Origin: Selaginella moellendorffii
Lineage: Eukaryota > Plantae > Lycopodiophyta
Direction: 5' to 3'
Assembly (NCBI RefSeq): GCF_000143415.4
Contig: NW_003314335.1
Span: 55,982 to 119,981, forward strand
DNA: 64,000 bases
The notes beneath the pieces were generated by a model. That model worked only from the letters and a program-made list of their open reading frames with translations, was not told the origin of the DNA and did no database searches. Positions 14,632 through 29,769 of this stretch are shown here, piece after piece. Position numbers and translations under genes: made by a program. Positions within the stretch are counted from its first letter, which is position 1. Each line of letters starts with the position of its first letter.

Positions 14632-14994
14632 GTTGCACATGTTACATAAAGTGTCTATTTATGTGAGATGTGCTGTGCAATTAAAACATGATTGTATGCA
14701 TAATAATTTTGTGTGTAATTAAAAATAAGAAATAAGAATAATCTGAATAAATAAAAACTACTTATTTTAATATCACTCGTGCCCAAAAGAAAGTCCAAGA
14801 TGCTTAGGGTAAGAAAAAAAAGGAAATTTTGTTGAAACAAAAGTTTGATTTGATATAATTATTTTTGAAAAAAATATATTTTCTAAGTTGGAGCTGAAGT
14901 ATATATATATATATCTATATAGAGAGAATCACATAGGTATATTCTCTCTTCAGGGCCCTAGCTAGAGTATGGTGTGCAGATGGTATTTGCGCAA

Positions 14995-16372
14995 GGTCCA
15001 CTACTACTCGTGTAGTTCCTTATTTCCTGGATGCATCTTAGTGTCCAGACCTTCCACTACAACAACATGAACAAGACATTGTTGACACCTAAGAAATATA
15101 AGTCGCCAATCCAGAAAATGCCAACAACACCGATAAATATGACTAACTTTATCAGACTCCCAACAATTGACATCACGACCATAACCACATCCTCGCCCTT
15201 GTCTTTGAACTCGGGCAACAGTAACATCAACTTCTATTGAAACAGAACCATCTTTCATAAGAAGTGAACTCTTGCTTCGTGCAAAGCTAAATATGTCAAA
15301 GTGGATCAAGTTATAAATGTTGTGGCTAACATTTTGTCAAAATTTTGTAGGATTTGTGCATGCACTTGCTCTAACCATCCTTGATAATGCCTTTCGTTTG
15401 ACATAACGTTATGAGACATTGCCTCTTCCATTTCTCACTACACATCCTTTAGCTCTACTTCCTCAAATGCCAAATTGCATCATCGACTCATATGACCCTT
15501 GACGAATATGATGTAATTTTTAGAAGGCATCATCACAATCATTAGTATATCTAAATGCATGTTTAAATACGTCCAGGAAAATATTCCAATCCTCACAAAT
15601 AGCTACGCTCATACCATTGTAGCACCATCCCTTGGAAATACATGGGAAACTTATGCAAACATTGAGCATCTTCCCAAAAATGATATGTGGCAATTATCGT
15701 GAAGTGATCAAACCAACAATACACATCATTCCCAAAACTCCCATTGAATAACTCTAGCTGGTAGGGTTTAGGGTTTAGGGTTTAGGGCCAATGTCAAGAG
15801 CCATATGAGTTGGTGATGCAATTTGGCATTTGAAGAAGTGGAATTGAAGGATGTGTAGTGAGAAGTGAAAGAGGCAATGTCTCATAACGTTATGTCAAAC
15901 GAAGGGCATTGTTAAGGATGGTTAGAGCAAGTGCATGCACAAATCCTACAGCATGAGGAATTGTACTACGTGCTGTGAATATTGCCATCAATTAAGTTTG
16001 ATTGTTTAATTGCAACTATATACCATCAAATAATTGCACCAACTGCTACTCCAGTCAAAAGAGAAGGAGGTTGTTACTTTACCACATAGATGAATGAAAA
16101 GAAATAAATAAAAGAAAAGAAGTTGAGAAAAGCTAAAAGAAAAGGGAAATCTAAACAATGGATCTACCCAACATTCTAATTAAAATTGCCTTTCATCTCC
16201 ATCAGTGTGAATGCATGGAATAAGGAAAGAGAATATAAAAAATCTGCATATCAATTAGCCCAAAAACCTTAATTTATATATTAATCAAAATTGAAACTAA
16301 CCCAACGGCTACTAAAATCCCACTATGCTAATATTAATATACGACATCATAGTTGTACACTTGGACCTCACA
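14995..16372 (-). mobile_element. Ty3/gypsy LTR+gag remnant, duplicated with the unit
   Basis: Collinear copy of 7960-9322 with the same junction to AGGAGTGCTG. Confidence 0.7.
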
Positions 16373-17234
16373 AGGAGTGCTGCGCCACAACTTTGATAGT
16401 TGTATATATATGGCAGAGGTACATTATTTTCTCTTCCTTTCTTTTGTTTTGGTTTGCAGTCTAAACCAGTAGATGACTTGATACAAACTCCATATCCTGA
16501 GACCTTAGCCCTTGACTGCACTAAATGTCTCCTGATGACAAAAATAGCAAAGTGATGAGATTATTTTATTTGTTTACAGCCTCTTTTCTAATTTCTCAGA
16601 GCGCTCAAATGATGCACCTAAACGAAAGTTGAGAAGTTGGAAAACACTTAAGCGAGAGTGTCTCTAGAGAGTGTGCCGCAGCTCTCTACCTCAAGTTGGC
16701 CGTTGTGCTTGCTTCTTCCAGAGGAGGAGGAGCTGGAGCGAGCTCGTCTAGTTCTTCCAGCTCACAATCACCGCCTCCATGGTAAATTATCGGCAATCTT
16801 CCACAAAGGCACGCGGACTATCCACGCTCTTGGCTGAATGTGCATGTTCCTCCAGAGTCCAGCTGCAAGGAACACGTTGCGGGGCAATACAATCTTGATG
16901 ATTGTGGAGGTAGATTGCACAGCCTGCAAGTCAATGGTCACGGAGGGATCTTGATGATAAATGGCTTCAATATCTTGGATTTTGTGGTTCCAGATCAAGG
17001 ACATGATAAAGGCTGCTTCCTTTCCCTACAGTTCCTGCAATGACTGGCTCGTCTCACCCACTTTCGGCTCCTTCGATCTGGAGCGCCACTACTCCCACGA
17101 ATCTGCTCATCCCGGGCCCAGCTCGCCCACGAATTGATTTCCACGTGGCATGTCCAGCTGTACTGAACCATTTGAATTTAGACGAAGTCAAATACATTCC
17201 AAACACACTTGTCAGCTTTATACATCTTATCCCG

Positions 17235-19314
17235 CTACCCCTCATCCGATGGGAACACGAATTTAATTAACGTCGAGGTTCTCAGTTTCGATCTGATGAG
17301 AACATCTACTGTGTCACCTGACCATGAAAACTGGTAGACAACACCAGGAACAGTCAAGACTCCAAGCCTCTGTGTGTCCATGTTGAGGATAGTAGGCAGA
17401 GAAGACATCACATGTGTTCGAAGACGCTGGAATAAAAAAAAAATACAACATTGACACAAATACTAGATAACTGATGCCTACCTCGTTCACAAAAATTGTC
17501 AACTCTTTCCCAGCTAGCTTACCAGCCGTGCACTTGATACTCAAAGCAGTTTCCTCCTTCAATTCAGTGTGTACTGTGGTCCAAACGGCTTCGATCGATA
17601 TGCCAAACACAGTCACGCCGTCTTCCATCTCCTTGCATTGTACGCTTCCCTTTCCTGTTGGATTGTAATGGGATGCAGGAAGAGACCAAACAAAATACCC
17701 ATATAATAACTTGCACGTACCTCCTCGCATCAACACTGTTGGGAACTTCGCATCCCCCGATTTTTTGCTCATGTCCCCAAACTTGAGTCCTCCAGTATCA
17801 ACTGTACCATCCATCCTCGAACGGACAATGTCAAAGACCTCCTCGATGGTTGAGCAGCTGATCGAGCTGTTAACGTGATCCTGCATCTTGAGAGCAATCG
17901 TCATCTGGAAAGGCAGGTACGTCCTCTTTTTCTTCCGCTCAGGCATCTCCTCTTTCTTGATCCACTCTAGACTTCTCGCTCACTTCTTCGACTGCTGCTG
18001 CAGCGGCTGATCATCTGGAACGTCTTCCACCACACACAAGGGTTCTGAATCCAAAGACTTGCCACCCTCCATCGTCACTAAAACGGCGTACACTTGGTCT
18101 TCCTCCTTCACACCTTGCAGGCCCAACGGGACATCAGGATGCTCCCTTCTGAATGCCATCAGCAAAGAGCACAAGGCGTCATAGTCACTTTTATTCATTG
18201 CTCTCTGCTTTAGTGCAGTCGAGATATGGAAAAGGATGAGTGGGGGGGTACACCGAGTCTATCGGAAGGAATGTTGCTAGGCTGCTAGGCTGTAGATAGT
18301 GGAGGCCAGGTACTTGCAGGTTGAGACTGTTGCCTGAGAAGAACTTCACGTCACGCTTCTCCAAATGCAGGCCAATGGTAGCATCATCGACGCTACAGAA
18401 GTGACCACCCTGCGAGAGTCAGTGGTGAGCATAGCGTTCAAACAAGACCCAAGCTGCACTCCGCAGTGAAGGCAGTGCCTGAGTGCACTCCATCCAGTCC
18501 TCGATCTGTCCCTTGTAGCATGCAATGGCGAAACAATCTACGACCCACTCCGAAGTGAAGGAGATATGATCCACACAGGTAAAGTCCAGACTTGGCCAGG
18601 AAACGGAGGTCCCTGGCGAAAATAATGCACGGTCAATGTTGAGCTCTCCCACTTTGACAGCATGGCTCACAGCCATGCCTATCATGTTGTATACAAGTTC
18701 CAAAGGCATGAAGTAGTACCTCACGATTGGCCCGGCTATGTAGTACGTCGCCCAGAAGTCGACGTGCGACTTATCTGCGTTCTCGAGCGCCGAGAAGTAA
18801 ACCTGCTGCAACTCCTCGACAGACCAAGGAGGCATGTAGAGCGCAAAGAAGTGTCTCTCATTGATGAGTTTGAGCGCGTCCACCCAATTCCTCTCCTCTG
18901 GTGATGCAAAGAGCACAGTATGTCTAGCGAAGTTCCCAACAAACTCCTGATCCGTGAGAAGCCAAGCCCCCGGGATTTCGTAATCCTCTTTAGAACCGGG
19001 CGCGTAACTCCCATCCGGTTTGAAGATGTAAACCCTCTTCTTTTTTTCAACGAGCTGAACTATCACGGCCGGTATCCCTTCTTCACTGAGAAGCCGTTTC
19101 AGGACGTACCACAGAAAGCACGAGTTGCCGATTCCAGGGTTTCCTGATATGTGGATGTAGCTCCTCTCATGTCGGCATAGAGATCCTCATAATTCCCGTA
19201 TCCACACTTTCCGCCTCCTCCTAGCGATGGGAGGGAGATCTATCCACCTACCATCAGGGTCTGTCGCTGCACGCCCATCATCCCCAACTGGCGCTATCGA
19301 TTCCATCTGCGCAT
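17235..19314 (-). pseudogene. CR-like NTPase+REase, copy 3 (pseudogene)
   Basis: Same gene with nonsense codons (TGA at 18419 and 17980), 5' deletions, a G-run frameshift near 18245, and Walker A K->N (19124-19126). Confidence 0.85.
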
Positions 19315-20519
19315 CAGGCCCTAAAGAGAGAATAGACCTGAGTGATTCTTCCTATATATATATACTCCTGCTTAGGGTAAGAAAAATTTGTTGAAATAAA
19401 AGTTTGATTTGATATAATTATTTTTAAAGCAAATATATTTCTAAGTTGAGGCTTTTTGGACTTTCTCCTAGTGATCTTAAAATAAATAGTTTTTATTTAT
19501 TCAGATTATTCTTTTTTCTTGTTTTTAATTGCACACAATCATGTTTCAATTGCCCATCTCACTTGAATAGACACTTTATGTAACATGTGCAATTATGTCA
19601 TCTTAATTTTTACTGATTTATGATCCATAGAGTTACTAAAGTGCAAAGAAATGTTGTAACTTTTTTTTATTGTACACAAAAGGTATCACTTTTGAAAGGA
19701 TCACTTGGATATTTACTGTTACATGATCCATTGTTCCCAAAATCTATAATGTAATGACATTAAACAAAAGAAAAAAATGCAAGAACAACATAAATAAGTA
19801 GGTAGTTGAATTCTTAGAATGCACCAGTCTTTTTTGGTACTTTAGCTTTTGTTATAGGGCAATCAATCACATCCCACTCTTCTTTCCCCTAAAATCCACA
19901 CACATATTTCAGGGTTTCATATATTAAATAGTAAGCTGCAATAATGTGCTGGAAAAATTAATATAGAGGAAGAAAGAAATGGGTCTTAATCTGCTACATG
20001 AATGTAACACATGTTATTTTTTCCACAATGTCCCTATCTCAACTATCCGTCAATATACCCTTACACTATAATAACTCATTTAAGATAATAACTTAACATG
20101 AAAACATGTGTGTGAGGCACAGGATTGCCATTGGTTAGAAGGACTTGTGACAGCTGTCCCTTTGGATGCCTAGGCCAAGCTTTTATGTCATGGTCAATTT
20201 TCAGTGATCTGGTGGACTTTCTGTCAAGGCGCGAAGGGCCGAATTATCCATAGGAAACTATGCTCCTCATAAGATCTTCTAGAGAGAGTGTTGAGATAAA
20301 TAGTCTCTGGGCATTTTCTATAAATCTACTTAACATTTCTTATATATATAGGGGAGGTTTTTTCATTCTATTCAATATAGCCATTGATCAAGGTTTAGCC
20401 CAAGCATTTTTGGTATATATAGGGTCTCATACCATTAAAATACTAGTCATTGCTCAGCATATGCTGCCCCAGTTAGCAAACACCATTTTGATTATCATTA
20501 TTACATTGAAAATAATGTC

Positions 20520-21345
20520 TATGAAAATAATTATTGCAACACAAAAACCTTAGACATCCAACAAATAAAAGACCAAACTGCTCACTAATTGCATCTCGAT
20601 ATCCTCTTCAACTAGAAGTATAAGCTGCTTGAGTTCTCTTACAAACGCTTGGATGTCTTCAAGTTTCTTGTCTGTCTCATAAACTACAGCCCAAACCAAT
20701 CTCTTTCGCAAGGTGCAAATTTCTTTGGCAAGTTCATCCACTTGTTCTGCATGGAGAAGTTTCTCTTCTATCTTCACCAGATCCTATTCGAGCACTTCAA
20801 AAGATTTCCTGTCCTTTTGAAGGCAATCACAACACACTTGAATAGTTTTCACATTTATATCCAGCAATTTCGAAACTTTCTCCAAAAGTGTTGCCTTGAA
20901 GTACTATAGCATAAGCATATGTTAAACCACCAGCTTAGAAATGAAAGCTATTGTTACCTTGAATTTCTCTTTCTTGCTACCCAGAAAATCTTGACTCATG
21001 CCTTGAGACATAATCACACACAGGTTTTCCGTCAATCTACAAAAAAAAGGTGACAGTAGGAAAGTAGAAAATTTTAAAAATACAATCTTAGCTTACATTG
21101 AGATGGTTGATCACATCACACAAATCCTGCTTGTTTGAAGAAAGTTTTTCACCTGGAATACACAATACAAAAGAAGTAAATCCCTCACACGATAGAAAAC
21201 CAACCTTGGTGATTTTTCAAGACAATAGTGTTGCTTCCAGCAGTGATTTTCCACTCAATCACTATCATTTTGCCATATAGATTTGCTTATAAGCATCTGA
21301 CCCTTCATTTTTTAACTCTACCACTACCAAAGCAAACTTGGAACT
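20520..21345 (-). pseudogene. SMC6: SMC6 (structural maintenance of chromosomes 6) gene fragment
   Basis: VVVELKNEGSDAYK, ENLCVIMSQ, FK|YFKATLLEKV, EQVDELAKEICTLRKRLVWAVVYETDK match the plant SMC6 N-terminal head and coil; introns retained, stops present. Confidence 0.8.
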
Positions 21346-21824
21346 AAAACAATGCTAGAAGAAGGCACAAACAAATCAATTAGATTTTGACACAAACTGT
21401 ACTAAGATGTGGCTCATTCTAGTGGTGTTGACACAATGCCTTAGATTTGGATTTGCAAATCAGCAGCAGTGCTCGGGGCTCTCTTGCCATTTTATAAACC
21501 CTAGAAAAACATTACAAAACAAAACCAATTCACTCGACAGATCACAAGAGCAGTCACAGTCAACACATTGTATATGACATGTGTTGCAATGCCTTTTTCT
21601 CCTGCCCCACACAGCTTGGCTACTTCCCATTGGTTAGGAGCAAACATTAACGCAATTATTCACTAAGACATGGTTAAAAAATTAACCTTTTTACAATTAC
21701 CCCCCATCAGACGGCTGCAATTGGCTGGATCCGGCAGCCAGGCACTTATGATAGATTCTTATAGTAAAATATTTTAGGGAATCTTGCTTAATTTCTAAAT
21801 TTTTTTGTTCTTCTCCTACAGAAT

Positions 21825-22942
<1,118 letters not shown>

Positions 22943-24016
22943 TGAAATACACATATAACCAAAATTCTGAAGAGCAAAATCTGGCTCTACAAAACATACA
23001 AGATAAAAAAAAAAGGGAAACATTCCTTCCGTTGCCCTAAAGTGCCCTAAAGGAAACGGTCATGTCAACTAAAAAGGTCTGGATAAAGTTGAATTGATGG
23101 TGCACGGTGAATGCCTGAATCAAATGAATTGATAACCAAGAATTCTTTCAAACATTACTTGGGGGGAAGAATCAGCCACTGAGGTGTCACTTATAATCGA
23201 CATTGCGTAATTGGAGAAGTGCTGCGGGCCTGCACCACAACTCTGACAGTTGTATGTGGCTGAGGTACATTTTTTTCTCTTCCTTTCTTTTATTTTGGTT
23301 TCCACTCCAAACCAGTAGATGACTTGATACAAACTCCATGTGGCGAAATTCCCGAGACCTGCCCCTAGCCCTTGACTGCACTAAACGTCTCCTGATGACA
23401 GAGTGATGAGATTATTTATTTGTTTAGCCTCTTTTCTAATCAACGAAAGTTTAGAAGTTGGAAAACACTTAAGCGAGAGTGTCCCTATAAAGTGTGCCAC
23501 AGCTCTCTACCTCAAGTTGGCAGTTGTGCTTGCTTCTTCCAGAGGAGGAGGAGCTAGAGCGAGCTCATCCAGTTCTTCCAGCTCACAATTGCCGCCTCTG
23601 TGGTAAATCATCGGCAATCTCCCACGAAGGCACGTTGACTATCCACGCTCTTGGCTGAATGTGCATGTTCCTCCAGAGTCCAGCCGTGAGGAACACATTG
23701 CGGGGCAACGCAATCTTGATGATCGTGGAGCCTGCAAGTCGATGGTCACGGAGGGATCTTGATGATAAATGGCTTCAACATCTCAGATTTTGTGGTTCCA
23801 GATCAAGGACGTGATAAAGGCTGCTTCCTTTCCCTACAGTCCCTGCAATGACCGGCTCGTTGACCTTGCCCACTTCCAGCTTGATCTGGAGGACCACTAC
23901 TCCCGAGTGCTGCAAATCTCAGCAAAGTCTGCTATGTCATCTGTCAATTTCCACACAGCATGTCCAGCTGTACTGAACCATTTGAGTCAAGTACATTCCA
24001 AACACACTTCTCAGCT

Positions 24017-26100
24017 TTATATGTAACTAGTATTCTTCTCCCCCTCCCCCTCATCCGATGGGAACACGAATTTAATTAACCTTGAGGTTCTCAGTTTCGA
24101 TCTGATGAAAACAGCTGCTGTGTCACCCGACCATGAAAACTGGTAGACAGCATGAGGAACAGTCAGGACTCTGAGCCTATGTGTGTCCTCTAGTTCCATG
24201 TTGAGGATAGTAGGTAGGAAGACATCACATGTGTTTGAAGATGCTGGAATAAAAAGGAAAAAATGCAAAATTGATACAAATACCAGATAACTAATGCCTA
24301 TCTCGTTCACAAAAATTGTCAGCTCTTTCCTAGCTAACTTACCAGCCGTGCACTTGATACTCAAAGCAGTTTCCTCCTTGAATTCAGTGTGTCCTGTGGT
24401 CCAAACAGCTTCAATCAATACATCAAACACAGTCACCATCTCCTTGCATTGTACTCTTCCCTTTCCTGTTCGATTGTAACGCGATTCAAAAAGAGACCAA
24501 ACAAAATACCCATATAAGAACTTGCACGTACCTCCTTGCACCAACAGGGAACTTCGCCTCCCCCAGCTTTCTGCTCATGTCCCCAAACTTGAGTCCTCCA
24601 GTATCAATTGTACCGTCCATCCTCGAACGGAAAATGTCGAAGACCTCATCGATGGTCAAGTAGCTGATTGAGCCGTTAATGTGATCCTGCATCTTGAGAG
24701 CAATCATCATCTGGAAAGGCAGGTAGATCCTCTTTTTCTTCCGCCCAGGCAATCCACTTTGGACTTCTTGCTTGCTTCTTCAACTGCTGCTGCAGCAGCT
24801 GATCATCCGGAACGCCTTCCACCATGCACAAGCGTTGTGAATCTAGAGACTCGTCACCCTCCATCTTCACTAAAACGGCATACACTTGGTCTTCCTCCTT
24901 CACGCCTTGCAGGCCGGACAGGATGTCGGGATGCTCCCTTCTGAACACCATCAGCGAAGAGCACAAGGCGTAGTAGTCACTTTTGTTCATTGCTCTCTGC
25001 TTCAATGCATTCGAGATATGGAAAAGGATGAGTGGGGGGTACACCGAGTCTATCGGAGGGAATGACGTGCTGCTAGGCCATAGATAGTGGAGGCCAGGTA
25101 GAGACTGTTGCCTGAGAAGAACTTCAAGTCACGCTTCTCCAAATGCAGGCCAATGGCAGCATCATCAACACTACAGAAGTGACCACCCTGCGAGAGTCGG
25201 TGGTGAGCATAGCATTCGCACAAGACCCAACCTCCGCAGTGAAGCCAGTACCCGAGCCCACTCCACCCAATGCTTGATCTGTCCCTTGTAGCATGCAATG
25301 GTGAAACAATCTATGACCCACTCCGAAGTGAAGGAGATATGATCCACAAGGGTCAAGTCCAGACTTGGCCAGGAAACGGAGGTCCCTGGCAAAAATAATC
25401 CACGGTAAATGTTGAGCTCTCCCACTTTCACAGCATGGCTCACAGCCATGCCTATCATGTTGTATACACGTTCCAAAGGCATGAAGTAGTACCTCGTGAT
25501 TGGCCCGGCTATGTAGTACGTCGCCCAGAAGTCGACGTGCGACTTATTTGCGTTCTCGGGCGCCGAGAAGTAAACCTGCTGCAACTCCTCGACAGACCAA
25601 GGAGGCATGTAGAGCGCGAAGAAGCCTCTCTCATCGATGATTTTGACCGCTGGCATCCAGTTACTCTCCTTGCATGACGTGAACAATGCTGTTGTTCCAT
25701 ACCTAGCGATGTTCCTGACAAACTTCCGATCCATGAGAAGCCAAACCCCCGGGATATCGTAATCCTCTTCAGAAACGGGTGCGTAACTCCCATCTGGTTT
25801 GAAGTTGTAAACCTCCTCCCTTTTTCTTTCAATGAGCTGAACTATCAAGGCCAGTATCCCTTCTTCACTGAGGAGCCGTTTCAGGACGTACCACAGAAAG
25901 CACGACTTGCCGATTCCAGGGTTTCCTGATACGTGGAGGTAGTTCTTGCCCAGGCTTGCGAGCTCTCTCATGTCGGCATAGAGATCCTCATAGCACTCCC
26001 ATATCCATGTTCCTGGAGATAGGAGGGAGATCTATCCACCTAGCATCAGGGTCTATCGCTGCATGCGCATCATCCCCAACTGGCGCTATTATCCTCGCAT
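24017..26100 (-). pseudogene. CR-like NTPase+REase, copy 4 (pseudogene)
   Basis: Walker A intact (GNPGIGKS), but several frameshifting deletions split the ORF. The intron donor is mutated GT->AT near 24301. Confidence 0.85.
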
Positions 26101-26159
26101 GGTTGAAGAGAGAATATACCCATGCAATTCATAATGGACTTTAGGGTCTAGGGTTTCAA

Positions 26160-27560
26160 GCTCTGGTCAAGCTTCTCAGTCTCAATATGATAGCAACATG
26201 TGACTAGGAAAACAAATAGACAGTACCACGACCATTGGCCTATCCATGTTTAGACAAACAAAATGCAACATTGATACAAACACTAAACAATATATTTAAT
26301 TGTCAATTTTTTCCCAACTAGCTTACCAGCCATGCACTTGATACTCAAAGGAGTTTCCTCCATGAATCCAGTGTGTGTCTTCCAAATGGCTTCCATCCAT
26401 ATGCCAAACACGGTCATGTCGTCTTCAATCTGCTTGTAGTGTATGCTTCTGTTTCCTGTGTTCAAGGATGTATGGTACAGTTGATATTGGAGGACTTACG
26501 TTTGGGGACATGAGGAGGCAAAGTTCCCAACAGTGTTGATGTGGGTATTTCGTTTGGTCTCTTTCTGAATTGCGTTCCAATCTAACAAAATGTCGAAGAT
26601 CTCGTTGATGATTGGGTTGTTAACATCATCCTGCATCTTGAGAGCAATTGTCATCTAGAAAGGCAGGTACATCCTCTTTTTCTTCCGCTCAGGTGTCTCC
26701 TCTTGCTTGATCCACTCTGGACTTCTCGCTCAACTGCTGCTGCAGCAGCTGATCATCTGGAATGTCTTCCACCACACACAACCTCCGCAAATCCAGAAAC
26801 TTGTCACCCTCCATCATCATTAAAACCTTGTATTTGGTTCTCTTCCTTGGCACCTCTCTGCTTCAATGCAGTTGAGATTTGGAAAAGGACAATGGGGACA
26901 TCAAGTCAATCAGAGGGAATGACGTGCTGCTATGTTGTTGGAGGCTAGGTACTTGCAAGTTAAGACTGTTGCCTGAGAAGAACTTCATGTCATGCTTCTC
27001 CAAATGTAAGCCTATGGCAGGGCCATCGATAACCACCTTGCGAGAGTCGCTGGTGAGCATAACATTCAAACAAGACTCTAGCTACACTCTGCAGTGAACA
27101 GTCAGTTGCCCGATCTATCCATCCCTTGATCTGCCCCTTGTGGCATGTGATGGAAGGAGATATGATCCACACGCATAAAGTCCAGAGTTGGAGTTCTTGT
27201 GCGAAAATGGTTCATAGTCAATGCCATAAAGTAGTACCCCGGCATTTACAACCTGATCCATGCCTATCACGTCGTATTGTTCCAAAGGCATGAAGTAGTA
27301 CCTCACAATTGGCCCAGCTATGTAGTATGTCGTCCAGAAGTTGACACGTGTGACTTATATGTGTTGTCCGGCACTGAGAAGTAAACGTGCTGCAACTCCT
27401 CAACAGACCAAGGAGCCATGTAGAGCGGGAAGAAGCCGGCTTCCCAGACGAGTTTGACCCCCTCAATCCAGTTACTCTCCTTGGGTGACGTGAAACCGCT
27501 GTCATTCCATGCCTAGCGATGTTCCCAACAAAACTTTCATCCATGAGAAGCCAGGATAGC
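26160..27560 (-). pseudogene. CR-like gene, copy 5; most degenerate and 5'-truncated, with an internal inversion
   Basis: Remnants WLLMDESFVGNIARH, RYYFMPLE, GLHLEKHDMKFFSGNSLNLQVP and LSIKCMAGKL. The ~26470-26580 segment lies on the opposite strand. Confidence 0.8.
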
Positions 27561-28433
27561 TGATTCCAAGCTCTTGTCTGCACTCCAAGCCGCAGGCTCG
27601 GTCGGGAGTGCGGAGGCCTTTGCACTGAAGGCGAGCGAGGCCGCCCTGGGTCCGGTTTGAGCTCTCGCATGCCCATAGCACTTGCGGGGCATGGCATTTA
27701 ATTAAGGATAAATAAATAAAGAGGAATATATATTGCATATTCATCACCACCACATACGTTTTTATGACCTCCAACTGGAACGACTGACACAAATCTAGCA
27801 TCCTCTCTTCATCTTCAAACAGCCTTTTGCATGATCCACCACAACCATGCCCATATACCTTCCGTCATGACCATAGCAAGACATTGAAAGCCAACAAATA
27901 TTCAAGTAGAGACCATATTCAAGTAAAGACCAAGGCTAGAACTCTGGAACAATGCTCAAGAATGAATGTATGCTACGAATCAATCTAAGGAGAAACTTGT
28001 CACTTTAGCCACTATTATCACCATTTGAAATTGAAATACTCTCTAGACTTGCGAATAAGGCATTTATGTAATTGTATATCTGTGTTTGCAATCTTTACTA
28101 AGCTAAAATTCACCACCTTTCAACCACCATGGGTAGCTACCTTTACGCTGACCCAAAGTTCATGGAGTTTTTGAGGTAGTTTTAAGGTAGATTAGGGTGG
28201 TTAGAAAGGGTGAAGGTTAAACCTCTTTACCATTGTTATTCAGTTATAATATTAATATAAGTGATGGTTTATCATTTGACCACAGTAAAATGACAAGGAC
28301 AAAAAATCTAATTTCAAGCAGAAGCTAGATGAATTTGCAACTTCTACATGCTTGTTCCAAAGAGCTTCGACACACCAGTCATGCCTGTCATCCACGCATC
28401 CTCACTTCCCGGTCAAGTGCTGCCACTCCCACG

Positions 28434-29290
28434 CTACCATCGCCGCCACAATCCTTGGGAAGGCACCTTGGCGGGGCTGTGCCCGAGCTGCGGGATCATC
28501 TCGGAGACCAGATAGCTGACCAAGTTCTGAAGGAGCTCCTCGCCTCCAAATGCCTCACCCGAGGCCTCGGACCTGCGAGACTCCCTCAGCGGTGGCGGTG
28601 ACATCGCCATGTTCAAGATCAGCGCGAGCTTCTCAGCGGCGCTGGCCGAGACTGGAGCCAACACTCCCTGCTGCTGGATCATGTGGGCGTAGACGAGGCC
28701 GGCGGTGGTGGGCTCGGGCATGAGCCGCGCAACTTGAAGCCCCGTCATCACGCACGCCCGCTCGGTCTTCATGAGCTGGAAGCGCGAGAAGCAAACCGGG
28801 ACGGTCACCACTGCCAAGCGGACCATCCTGCCAAGGCGGAACTCGGCAATGGCGTGGTGAGCTGCAACACGAGGATCTCCTCCTGGGCAGATGTGTGTTG
28901 CTGCCGCGAGCGCCCAGGAAAGGCTTGAGTCCGATCCCCAGGCTCTTGATCATGAGGAATGGGTACTTCTCGCGGCAGCTCTGGACGATCTGATCAGTGT
29001 CGGTTCTTCCCACCAATTTCTTGGCGCCAAAGATCGCCCCGACCAGAGCTCGTCCTCGCTCGCCCCGCCGCCGACCTTGTTGATCCCGGTGGGCGCGTCG
29101 CTGAAGAGCACGTAGCTCTTACGATCCTCAGAGCTCCACTCTCCCATTCCTCCACACCGCGACCGCGGAGCTCGTGCCCAGGTCGATGCTGATGGCGGCG
29201 CTGGATTCCAGTGGCGGTGGGAGCGGGTGGAGCCGTCGGGAGGCTTGTCTGTCTGTGACAATGTGGCTGGGACTGGATTCGGCTGCCATC
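28434..29290 (-). pseudogene. HSP70-8: Atypical Hsp70 (HSP70-8/Hsp70T-2-like) N-terminal pseudogene
   Basis: GIDLGTS, VGRTDTDQIV, LGIGLKPFLGA, PEEILV, VVTVPVCFSRFQL..ERACVMTGLQVARLMPEPT, LALILNM, FGGEELLQN; multiple frameshifts, truncated. Confidence 0.85.
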
Positions 29291-29769
29291 TCACTCCTGG
29301 AGCGATCTACACACCCAAGAGGAAGAAATCGCGAACAACGTAGAAATTCTCATCCGACGGCCACGGGCTGCCCAAGATGGGCACCACGTGTTTCATGCCA
29401 ATATTTTTGCACCAGAGAAAGTCCACTACGTACTTAGTCTGGTACTTTGTACTACATCGCGCTCGGCAATCGGCCCCGAGAAATGCCCTGCTGTTGGAGA
29501 CATGATCCACACGCAGCGAACACCAAGAACATGAAGAACTTGAAGACGAATCGCCGAATCGGAGCTCCCATCTTCTGTTTCTATGGCTAGAAAGGATTTA
29601 GATTTTTTTTGCCAAGCGTGTCTCTCAAATCTTACGGACAAACTGGTAAGATCTTTCCTTCCTTCGATCAACACTGTGTTACCTTTTTCCAGGAGTTTAC
29701 ACTCTCATTCACAGCTCCTGGCATTCATCGCAGCGTTCTACCTGGGCCACACCAAGAAGCACACAAACA

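Noticed and set aside
27560-28000. Possible additional gene scraps (PPR-like)
   Set aside because: Too short and degenerate to assign.
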